From: Pseudovirgaria hyperparasitica
Taxonomy: Eukaryota
Reading direction: 5' to 3' (one strand)
NCBI GenBank assembly: GCA_010093815.1
Contig: ML996565.1
Length of the DNA stretch: 64,000 bases
The translations under genes were made by a program, and so were the position numbers. Positions 13,389-23,443 of this stretch are shown one piece after another; the first letter of the stretch is position 1; each line of letters opens with the position of its first letter. The notes beneath the pieces are model-generated. The model was not told the origin of the DNA and searched no databases. It was given only the letters and a program-made list of their open reading frames with translations.

Positions 13389-13781
13389 ATGGATGGTCAG
13401 GATCTCGTGTGTTAGCGATGGCGGACTTGCGATGGATTCTCTTATATGCTGTATTTACTATATCCATGATGAACTTTCTTCTATGACGGGATGTTGATTG
13501 AGGCGAGCATCTGGGAGGAATTGATGCTGAAATGCTTTGCACGGCATATCGGATGAATGAAAATGAATTGCACGAATGCGAGTTTGACTACCTCGATTGA
13601 GTGTTTGTACGTGTTTGTGATGGGTGCGTATTTGACGAATCTTCTTCAATGCTGAAAAGTCTTCTTCCTTCCTACTTGTAACTTGAATGAGAAGTATGTT
13701 GCACTGCCTTACCTGTGATCACCCTTCCATGCCATACGCATCGACCAGTCATCTACCAGACACGAATATACCATCCATGCC

Positions 13782-15700
13782 CTACGGCAACACCCTCGGC
13801 TCACTTCTCAAAAACTCAAAATCACACCCCTCATGCGCCTGATTGACCGTCCGCTCATACAGCGCCCGATAACCCCTCGTCGCTGCCTCCCTTTGTCCAA
13901 CTCCCCCACCTCCCCTCCCCTCCCTCCTCTCCGCAATCCTCCGCCCAATCTCCTCCTCCCCAAGCTCAACGCCAATAAACCGCCTCTCAACATCCACCGC
14001 AACCCAATCCCCCGAGCGCACCACGCCAAACACACTATCCACAACCGCCGCCTCGGGACTCACATGCAGCACCACCGTCCCGCCCGCAGTGCCAGACATC
14101 CGCCCGTCGCTGATACGCAGCATGTCGCGCACGCCCTGGAGGGCTAGTTTGCGCGGGATCGGGATCAGGCCTGCTTCGGGCATGCCGGGCCCGGCGCGGG
14201 GGCCTATGGTTTGTAGGATGAGGACGGTGGAGGGTGAGACGGGGAGGTGAGGGTCGTCGATGCGGGCGGCCATGTCTGCGGGGCTGGAGAAGACGAGGCA
14301 GGGCGCGCGGTGGGTGAGGAGGGGTTTGAGCAGGCTGGCGGAGGCCTTGAGGATGCAGCCTTCGGGGGCGATGTTGCCGCGGAGGACGACGAGGGAGGAG
14401 TTTGGAGCGAGGGGGGTGGAGAGGGGGCGGATGATGGAGTGGGAGAGGGGGAAGGGGCGGAAGGGGTTTGTGGAGAGGATGGTGCGGAGGGAGGAGCCGG
14501 AGATGGTTTGGGTGTCGAGGTGGAGGAGCGGGGCGAGGGTGTGCATGAGGGCGAGCATGCCGCCGGCGTTGTGGAAGTCGGTCATGTAGTTTTCGCCGCT
14601 GGGCTTGAGGTCGAGGAGGAGTGGGGTGCGGCGGCCGATGGCGTCGATGGTGTCGAGGGTGATTTGGCCGGCGAGGGTGGGGTGGCGGTTGATGATGGCG
14701 AGGAGGTGGATGATGGCGTTGGTGGAGCCGCCGAGGGCTTGGAGGACGGTGATGGCGTTGAGGAAGTTTTCTTTGGTGAGCATTGTTTGGGGGAGGAGCT
14801 GGGTTTGCGCGGCTTGGACGGCGTTCATTCCGGTTTCTTCGGCGATGCGGAGCCGGGCGGAGGAGACGGCTGGTGCGGTTGCGCCACGGAGAGGCATGAG
14901 TCCGAGGGCGGCGGTGATGCAGGCCATTGTGCTGGCGGTGCCCATGATGCCGCATGTGCCTATCTATGGGGTCGGTGGTTTAGAAGTTGTTCGAGGGGCA
15001 TGTATTGCTGCTGACTTACCGTAGGAGCGAGTTCTTCGTTCAGCGCGGAGATGTCTTCCATGTCGATATTACCAGCTCGGAACGCAGCCCAGTTGCTTCT
15101 GCAATCTGTGCATGCACCGAGTCGTTTTCCTCTGTGGCTGCCGGGCATCATGGGCCCGGTGACTAGTGGCAGGATAGGTCTATTTGCAGATATACCGCCC
15201 ATCAGCTGTGCTGGGACAGTCTTGTCGCAGCCCAAGGAGTCTGTTAGCACTCATGCTTGCGCGAAGAAGATCCTGTACACACCTCCAATCATGACACAAG
15301 CATCCATTGGCTGGGCTTTGATCATCTCCTCCGTGTCCATGCTCATCAGGTTCCGTAGAAACATGCTTGTTGGGCTCGAAAACGCCTCATGGAGACTGAT
15401 GGTTGGAAATTCTATCGGAAGCCCGCCCTTCAACAGGATGCCTCGCTTTGTTGCTTCAATGAGTTGTGGAACATTGCCATGACACGGGTTGAAGCCCGAG
15501 AAGGTGTTTATGATTCCGATGATTGGACGTGAGAGAGCATCGTCACTCAAACCGAGAGCTTTGATAAAGACTTTTCGAAGAAAGAGAGAGAAGTGTTGAT
15601 CTCCGTACGATGTGAGGTTCTTTTTCAAGCCGACCGATATATCAAGCTGCTTAGATAGATCATAGTCGTCGTTATTTAGTGCCTTGTCTGGGTCTGACAT
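13782..15700 (-). CDS. IlvD/Edd-family [2Fe-2S] dehydratase, probably catabolic; introns ~15232-15282 and 14964-15019
   Basis: FNPCH, GCDKT, GTCGIMGTASTM, GGSTNA.IHL.AI, GPGMPE, SDGRMSGT, LHVSPEAA. No obvious mitochondrial presequence, unlike ILV3. Confidence 0.9.
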
Positions 15701-15830
15701 CGTTGCATATAGAATTCTCTGCTTTGGGATCAGAGTCCACAGAGCGATGTTCAAATATATCTTATTAAGAGAACTTCAAGCAGATGGACGTACAGATGTG
15801 GTCGTGTGTGGGTCGTCAACTGGGGACGCT

Positions 15831-16028
15831 TCGGACAACGTCCGGGGACATTCGCGTTCCAACTTCCAGCCGGGGTCCCGTGTAGCGACGTGGTGCCAAC
15901 TTTGTTGTTAAAAGATATCCCTGGGTAGATCATCTCGCTTGCACGATCAAGTAGAGCCCCGTTTGTGTACCATGAGTGAACCTGTCCCACTTTTCTTCTT
16001 CGGCTGTAATCCGTCGGAGAACGTCCGA
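15831..16028. promoter_or_regulatory. Three CGG-N7-CCG candidate Zn2Cys6 sites in the divergent dehydratase/SDR promoter
   Basis: CGGACAACGTCCG 15832-15844; CGGCTGTAATCCG 16001-16013; CGGAGAACGTCCG 16015-16027. Confidence 0.65.
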
Positions 16029-16229
16029 CATAGTCAGGATAAACTGTAGTAGTAGAACGTGATGGTCAAAATGCGGAATTCGGCATAATCTGATAATACG
16101 AGGTCCTTCGTAATGATACATGGAGATAGAGTTGAAAAATACTGCCATATAGACACACAGCTCGTTCTGTACTCAGGTAAGCAAAACAGTACCACGAAGA
16201 AATGAGAGCTAACAGATCAGGAGGACTCA

Positions 16230-17096
16230 ATGTCAATGCTCGATCTTGCGGGGAAAGTGGTGCTCATCACAGGCTGCGGCCAGAGTGGAACTGAGGGTTG
16301 GGGCATAGGCGCTGCGTGTGCTGTTCTTCTCGCGCGTCAAGGGGCGAGCATATTTGGTGGCAATCGCACAATCCAGTCGGCAGCCATCACAAAGGCCACC
16401 ATAGAGAAGGAAGGCGGTACGTGCGATATATTCCCCACGGATGTCACGTCTTCAGACTCCGTAAAGCGACTTGTCGATGCGTGCATGGAGAGACACGGAA
16501 AGATCGATATTCTGATCAACAATGTCGGTCGTTCGGAGGCAGGTTGTCCTGCAACTCTCACAGAGGACCAATGGGACTCACAGATTGATATCAATCTCAA
16601 GAGCGTCTTCTTGACGTGTCATTATGTCCTGCCAATAATGGAGAAACAGGCGTCAGGAGGCTCTGTCGTCAGTATCGCGGTATTTTCTCACTCTATTCAT
16701 TACTACAGTTTTTCACTGACACGGATACAGAGTATCGCTGGCCTCCGTTATATCGGCAAGCCACAGGTGGGTTACTCTGCAACGAAAGCTGCAATACTGC
16801 AGTTCACAAAGGCAACGGCAGTCATCTACGCGGATCGAGGCGTGAGGCTCAATACCGTTGTGCCTGGCCTAATGGAGACGCCTTACACTAAAGAGCTGTT
16901 CATAAGATTTCCGGTTGCGGGAGGATACGAGAAATTCAAGGCGATGAGAGACTCTCAGGTACCAATGAGACGAATGGGAGATGCGTGGGACGTTGCCAAT
17001 GCGGCGTTATTCCTAGTTTCTGATGAAGCCAAGTATATCACCGGGCAGAAGATTGTTGTAGACGGTGGGATTACATCGTCGACTGGGAGACTGTAA
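16230..17096 (+). CDS. Classical short-chain dehydrogenase/reductase; in-frame intron 16680-16730; probable 5'UTR intron ~16177-16220
   Basis: TGCG..GWGIG, DILINNVG, VSIASIAG after splicing, YSATK, VVPG.M.TP, YITGQ.IVVDGG. Confidence 0.92.
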   Translation: MSMLDLAGKVVLITGCGQSGTEGWGIGAACAVLLARQGASIFGGNRTIQSAAITKATIEKEGGTCDIFPTDVTSSDSVKRLVDACMERHGKIDILINNVGRSEAGCPATLTEDQWDSQIDINLKSVFLTCHYVLPIMEKQASGGSVVSIAVFSHSIHYYSFSLTRIQSIAGLRYIGKPQVGYSATKAAILQFTKATAVIYADRGVRLNTVVPGLMETPYTKELFIRFPVAGGYEKFKAMRDSQVPMRRMGDAWDVANAALFLVSDEAKYITGQKIVVDGGITSSTGRL

Positions 17097-17299
17097 TGGA
17101 AGCTGAAGACACCTGCTGCTGGTCCTGTTGTGACACTTTCCGGCTCTCTCGCCCGAGCTGGTAGATGATCATATGCAAGGTGGTGGCCGGGTCACGATAC
17201 CGGAACCATAGCCAGCCCGTTGTGAATTGACGTAGTCAGAGAGATTGGTAATGGATGATTATAACGAAATAATTCAGAGGAAAACAACGACGGATAAGA

Positions 17300-17312
17300 C
17301 GGACTTCCTCCG
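17300..17312. promoter_or_regulatory. CGG-N7-CCG site upstream of the Ldh_2 gene
   Basis: CGGACTTCCTCCG, about 190 bp before the ATG. Confidence 0.6.
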
Positions 17313-17499
17313 ATCGAAGCCACAAGCGGTGTTTGCCGAACCAAGGGGCTTTTGGTGCTAGACCTCATCGGTACTAGCTTGACGAATACATGAAATGCGG
17401 GTAATACAGATACAATAAATCGTTAGGCAATTCTAACGATTCTGTTTGATATATCAAGACTGAAAGTCAAACAGAAAAAACTCACCCTGACCTGAAAAA

Positions 17500-18564
17500 A
17501 TGGCCAATGCCCAACAAGCACGACGAGTTGTCATCACGGACAAAAATGCTCGTGCATTCGTGGAGAAGATTCTCGTCGCTAATGGCGTTCCTTCAGAGAA
17601 TGCATTAATCGTTGCAGACTGCCTCGTCCAAGCGGATCTACGGGGTGTCGACTCTCATGGCATTAATCGAATCCCTTCATATATGGCCCGCATCCGGAAC
17701 GGAGTACTATCAGCCTCAGCAAGCCCGTTGGTGAAACAGGTCACCCCAGCAGTCGTCCAAATCGACGGCCAAAACTCCTTTGGCTTTCTAGGTGCCAAGA
17801 TAGGAATGGAGAAGTGTATCGAGATGGCCTCAACATTCGGGATCGGAATGGCATCTGTCAAAGGTTCCAACCACTTCGGCATGAGCGCCTGGATAGTGCA
17901 ACAGGCTGTTGACGCAGGCATGATGAGTCTCGTGTTCACCAATTCTTCGCCTGCCCTTCCTGTTTGGGGCGGGAAAGAGAAGCTGATAGGTGTATCTCCA
18001 ATCGCTTGTGGTGCCCCAGCAGGAGATATGCCCTTCATTCTGGACATGGCACCCTCAGTCGCAGCTCGAGGGAAGATATATAAAGCGAAAAGAAGAGGAG
18101 AGAAGATACCCCTGGACTGGGCGCTAGACGCCCAAGGACGACCTACAGATGACCCAGCGGCGGCCCTTGAAGGTGTCATGCTCCCCATGGGCGGTCCAAA
18201 AGGCTCTGCGCTCGCAATAATGATGGACGTCTTCTCGGGAGTGTTCTCTGGTGCGGCTTTTGCAGGACATGTCACCAATCCATACGATCCTTCCAAGCCT
18301 GCAGATGTGGGTCACTTCCTCGTTGCAATCAAACCCGATCTATTCATGTCCATGAAGGAGTTTGAAGACAGGATGCAATACTTGTACAAAAGAGTGACAG
18401 AGTCTGAAAAGGCGCAAGGGGTCGAGCAAATCTTTTTCCCGGGTGAGATCGAGCAGCGTGTACGGAGAGAACGACTACAATCAGGGATACCATACGCTGA
18501 AGCTGAGATTGAAGCATTGAACGATGAAGCTTTGAAGGTGGGAGTAAGTCCTTTGCCGACTTGA
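17500..18564 (+). CDS. Ldh_2 (type 2 malate/L-lactate/sulfolactate dehydrogenase family) oxidoreductase, intronless
   Basis: ADLRGVDSHG, SNHFG, ILDMAPS, GGPKGSALA, PGEIE. Confidence 0.93.
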   Translation: MANAQQARRVVITDKNARAFVEKILVANGVPSENALIVADCLVQADLRGVDSHGINRIPSYMARIRNGVLSASASPLVKQVTPAVVQIDGQNSFGFLGAKIGMEKCIEMASTFGIGMASVKGSNHFGMSAWIVQQAVDAGMMSLVFTNSSPALPVWGGKEKLIGVSPIACGAPAGDMPFILDMAPSVAARGKIYKAKRRGEKIPLDWALDAQGRPTDDPAAALEGVMLPMGGPKGSALAIMMDVFSGVFSGAAFAGHVTNPYDPSKPADVGHFLVAIKPDLFMSMKEFEDRMQYLYKRVTESEKAQGVEQIFFPGEIEQRVRRERLQSGIPYAEAEIEALNDEALKVGVSPLPT

Positions 18565-18619
18565 AGATCCTACATCTTGTGGTATACAAATTCATAATAG
18601 TTGCCTATGTGATGACCTA

Positions 18620-19090
18620 TCATGTGCTATTCGGAATAGTTGCCCCTAGCAGTTGCCGCGGATCCAGCCCATCACTCTCATCATCCACCTCAAAGTCAAA
18701 CCTAGTTATATCTTCCTTGTAGGGCCACAAGTGCGCACTAGTAACTCTGTATACTTTAGTACAAATACGTTCCCTCAATTCCAGTAGTACTAACTCGTAA
18801 TGTTCTTTACTTGCTTGATATTCCTCTAAAGCAGTGCGATCCTTATGGTAGCTGACGAGCGCATAGTGATATCCCTTGCTCCGCTCAATGGGATTCGTGA
18901 TCGAGGGACCTCCAACTGTAAGGCGTCCATTGAGCACACATGGGAGCCGTTTCAGCGTTTTAAGTTCTGACACACACTTCTCACGAATCTGTATGGAGAC
19001 ATCGGCGCGGAACTTGAAAAGCACTGCAGGTTTTGTTTAGAATGATGCATCAGAGATGCTCTAACACTTACCAATGTGTATAACAGTCAT
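18620..19090 (-). CDS. Dabb (stress-responsive A/B barrel) protein; 2 introns
   Basis: Spliced MTVIHIVLFKF (intron 19024-19071); SKGYHYALVS...LEEYQASKEH...RFDFE. Confidence 0.85.
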
Positions 19091-19247
19091 GTTGCGTGAG
19101 TCTCTAGAAAATTGATCGGAGAATAGGGTGCCCCTTCGAGATTGGTGCCCAAGTATGAGAGGGGTTTGTCTAGGGTGTATATCTCCATCCTTGTACTATT
19201 ACCTAACTAGGTTAGATCTAGCTCTTCGGACAAGTCCTAGCGTTGTA

Positions 19248-19260
19248 CGGAGTTTGCCCG
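19248..19260. promoter_or_regulatory. CGG-N7-CCG site in the divergent Dabb/transcription factor promoter
   Basis: CGGAGTTTGCCCG; additional TCGGA(C/G)AA half-sites near 19116, 19226 and 19335. Confidence 0.55.
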
Positions 19261-19539
19261 TGGACATTCATATCCATCATCATCATCACACAACACTGAC
19301 CACGCATTCCTCTAACAGAACAGTGCGAGCGACATCGGACAATTGGAGCTGAATCTTCAGTCTCTTAGATGACGCGTCTGGAACACAAATCTCAAAGAAA
19401 CGTGGTGAATATCATCTCTCAGATGCAAGCACCACTTTCTTCGTTTCATCACATAGCTCTGAGGCATTTATAAAAAGTCTCACGTCGATTAAACATCATA
19501 TTTTGCCAAGAACAGAGCGGTGCTTATCCGACTAATGAG

Positions 19540-21898
19540 ATGCAAAGCCCACCAGCCCAGGTTCGAAAGAAGACGGCCCGCATCCGCCTGTCATGTCTTC
19601 GGTGTCAAAAACGCAAGATACGGGTATGCTCCGAGCTGGGATCATGACAATGAGCGACTAACCTTCTGCAGTGCGACGGCATGCTTCCTGCCTGTGGATC
19701 CTGCGCTCGGGTGGGTGCGAGCTGTGTGGATGGAGATCATCTCCGTGGACGCGATTATCCGCGAGCGTAAGACTGCAACACCCTTGGTCTAGAAGCACTG
19801 TGCTGATACTGATACACACAGCTACATTGCTAGTCTCAGGAACAGAGTTGCATGGCTTGAGTCGTTACTGCAATCTAAAGGGATTGACCTGAGTCAGGCC
19901 CCGAGAGTCGAGGGTGAGACGGAAGATGAGATCAACTCGTCACAGCAGGCACATTTGCCTTCGGAGCACATATCTCCAGGCTCTGTCGATCATGAAGATC
20001 GGTCAGCCATAGTATCAGACAACGATCCAAAATTAGAGCCCCCTAATAAAGCCCAAAGCAACGCTGAAGATCTAACACATCAAATTGGGCTTGTCTCGCT
20101 ATCCAATGGATCAGATCCTAAATACATAGGACCTTCTAGTGGATTCTTCTTTGCACAGATGATGCTCGCCTCGCTGGGCCATTCTTTCCACAAGAATCGA
20201 GTTGATGAAAGTGCTGGCTCTGGCGAATCTCGGGCTGAGGATATGTATGGTGGCAGCTTCGGACTCGACTTACCCGTGCAGCTGCCGCCTAGTATGGCGC
20301 AAATTGCCCAAATCTCAAATACATATTTTGAAGTGGTACACATACAATGGCCGTTCCTCCATAGACCAACCTTTGTGGAACGTGCGAATAACGCGCTCTT
20401 GGATGAAAGCAAAGATCCCGCTGCTACGTTCGAGACATACATGGTCCTGGCTATATCCTCGCTGATACTCACGAAAAGAATGCGCATAAGCCTACCCACA
20501 ACAGGGTACTTTCTGAAAGCAATGAAGCTCTTTAACCTCATCAAAGTCGAAGGCTCTATACAGGGTCTTCAATGCTTGCTGTTACTGCAGATATACACCC
20601 TGTATAACCCTTCTGCGCAGATGAACAGCTGGTATCTCAATTACCAGTGTATTGCTGCGGCCGTGGATCTCGGTTTGCAAAGAAATATAAAGAATCACGA
20701 GACTCTACCACGTCTGGTTACTCAGATGAGGAGAAGGATCTTCTGGTGTGTGTATTGCTTCGATAGGACGCTTGGTACTATGGCCGGACGCCCAATCGGC
20801 CTTCGAGACGAAGCTTTTGATGTTCCCGTAAGTGCTGTCTTGCTGTATACTTAGAAGAGACCTCATGTGATATGCTAGCTTCCAGACGATGTTGACGATG
20901 AAGAAATGTCAGGAGACTCATCAACAGGAGTTCCAACCGGCGGGCAAACAAGTTCTCACATGTCCACGGCCATTCACCTCTTCAAGCTTGCAAGACTAAA
21001 CTCAGAGATGAAATATGTGCTTCATAGCATATCAAGAGAGCCAATCGCCTTTGCTCTACCAAACATCCCCGATATACACGCATGGCAGGACTCAATGATA
21101 CAACGCTTACAACAATGGCGACTCGAGACGCCCGAAATTCCATACACGAAATCACTCTGCGAACTCAACTATCACACCATGATGCAAGTTCTCCTCCGAC
21201 CAACACCTGCGATTCCACGTCCCAAGCCGGCCGCACTCGAAACCTGTTATGTGAGCGCCGTATCCGCGATCCGCTTGCTGAATTCCCAATACCGCAATGA
21301 CTCCATCATATATCAATCCTCAACGCTCCATTCAATCGTCCTTTCTACCCTCACTATGTTCTATTGTATCTGGGGCGTACCGAGCATTGCGGATACCATC
21401 AAGGTCGACTCCGTAATGACAGACGTCCGTTCGGCAAGCAATATGCTTGCCGCTGCAGGCGAGCATTGGCCCGGCGCAAAGCGCAGCAGCGCCTTTCTCG
21501 ATGAGCTTGGCAGCATCATAGTACGCCGTCTCGTGGATGGGAAATCCAAGACAAATGCATCAACTTTGGACTCTTCGGCACCACAGCTATCGCCTGCGGG
21601 ATCGGGTACATCCAGCGATACGTTTGGTACCCTGGGACAACCAGCAGTCAGTGCTCCCGATCCAGACCAGGGCCAGCCGCCCTTCGAAGGAGATCTGGGT
21701 CTATACGGACAGGAGTGGCAAGCTCCCTCGATGCTATACGATTGTGATGCGTCGATGGCCGGGTTTGGGGACCAGCTTGACTTCAGCTCTATGTTTGAAG
21801 GCCAAGGCTTATCGAATTCCTCTTTCGACAATCTCATGGAGGGCATGTTTGACTCTGACTGGATGTCCATGGCTACGAACTCTTATAATGGCTTGTGA
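19540..21898 (+). CDS. Zn(II)2Cys6 transcription factor with Fungal_trans domain (Ppr1/UaY-like); 3 introns
   Basis: SCLRCQKRKIR|CDGMLPACGSCARVGASC after splicing; WPFLHRPTF, DLGLQR, RRRIFWCVYCFDR..GRP; acidic C-terminus. The start could lie further upstream. Confidence 0.9.
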
Positions 21899-22258
21899 GG
21901 CCTTTCGAAGACGTGAGAACGATCATCATCCTGCAAGCATATTTTTCATGATATAAGGCATCAGTCTGTCAGTAATACAAGCTACGCTATGATAGAGAGG
22001 CCCATGTCCCCAATTCCTATCTCACGCAAGAGTCTCACGCTGATAGATTCGTACAACCACGTACAAAGAAGTGCAGCTAATACTAAAGCTCAAACTCAGG
22101 AGTGCGGGGTTGTTTCTGTCCTCCCGGATCGAGACAGACCCATCCCCATGGCTTCAACTTCCTCACATCGGCCATTCACACGAATCGCAGCTAAGAGCCA
22201 TTAAAAATATCTACCACCACACTCTAAACAACACAAATTCTACTAAACACACTCCACG

Positions 22259-23355
22259 ATGCCCCATCCCGTCTCTCACAATCCCCCCTCACACAACACA
22301 TACCACGTCAACGACGGCCCCCTCCAACCACACCAAACCGGCATCCTCAGACCAAGCCGCCCGGACCTCCCTCTCGATGAACTCCGCCGCCGCTATCAAG
22401 AAGACGGCTACCTCTTCCTCAAAGGCCTCCTCCACCGCACCGACATCCTCCAAGCCCGCGCAGCATACTTCACCCACCTCGCCCCCAGCAACATCCTCAA
22501 GCCCGGCACCAACGCAGTAGAAGGCATCTTCAACACCTCCAACCACGCCGCACACTTCCCCGGTATAGGCGCCGGATCCACCGACGAAAACGGCCGACCA
22601 GGCGGTGCAGATGCCGCCAGATTCGTCGATCTAGCGCTTGCCGCGCACACGCAAGGCTGGTACAAGGACGTGTTATGCAAGAACGCTGATCTGCACGGGT
22701 TTGTGGCGAAATTCACGGGCTGGGGCGGCGATATGCGGACGCTGAGGCGGACGCTGTTGCGGAATGGGACGCCGGGGAATAGGGCTATTGGGGTGCATTA
22801 TGATCAGATATTCCTGAGGCAGGGTGAGGATACGAGTGTTACGGCGTGGGTGCCTATGGGGGATATCTCGATGCAGGGGGGTGGTTTGATTTATCTTGAG
22901 CGAGGTTGGTGGTTTGTTCTTGATAGTGGCGGCGGACGTTCACTGATACCATTTGTTACAGGGCATATACTTGGGCGGGAGATAGAGTACGACTTCACGG
23001 CCAAGGCTAAGGCCGCAGGAATGACGGATGAGGAAGCGCGTTCTGCATTCAATGCGAACATGATGCACGGCGGTCTGCTCGCTGATGGACCTGCAGAGTT
23101 TGGTAGAAAGCATGACAGGCGCTGGTTGTTGACTGAGTATGAGGCTGGCGACGTGGTGCTTCATACGCCGTATACTGTGCGTGCTGCTTCTCTGTTTCAC
23201 GAACTGGAATCTAACACGTCTAGATTCATGCGTCGACCATCAATTGTGATCCCGATAACATCATACGGCTCGGTACAGATCTACGGTTTGTGGACTCCTC
23301 ACGGCCGTGGGACATGCGTTGGTCTAACGACTACGCGTTTGGAGACGGTGTTTGA
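22259..23355 (+). CDS. PhyH-family Fe(II)/2-oxoglutarate dioxygenase; 2 introns
   Basis: YQEDGYLFLKGLL, VHYDQIFLR (HxD), TAWVPMGD, GDVVLH, last exon IHAS...RLGTDLRF. Confidence 0.88.
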
Positions 23356-23443
23356 TAATCGTCTGCAAGGATTTTCATCGTCTGTATGAGGCCTGTCCCC
23401 GTAGAAAATATGAATACAACCTAACCCAAGTGATGTGATACGT

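Noticed and set aside
14035..15024. Long alternative-frame and antisense ORFs over the dehydratase (similar ones at 5534-6457 and 51490-52113)
   Set aside because: Low-complexity shadow ORFs caused by stop-poor skewed sequence; the real frame carries the family motifs.
17085..17096. SDR C-terminal GRL as a peroxisomal targeting signal
   Set aside because: Non-canonical PTS1, and the other cluster enzymes lack one.
22259..23355. PhyH dioxygenase as a member of the catabolic cluster
   Set aside because: It is adjacent, but I saw no CGG-N7-CCG site upstream; membership is unsupported, not excluded.
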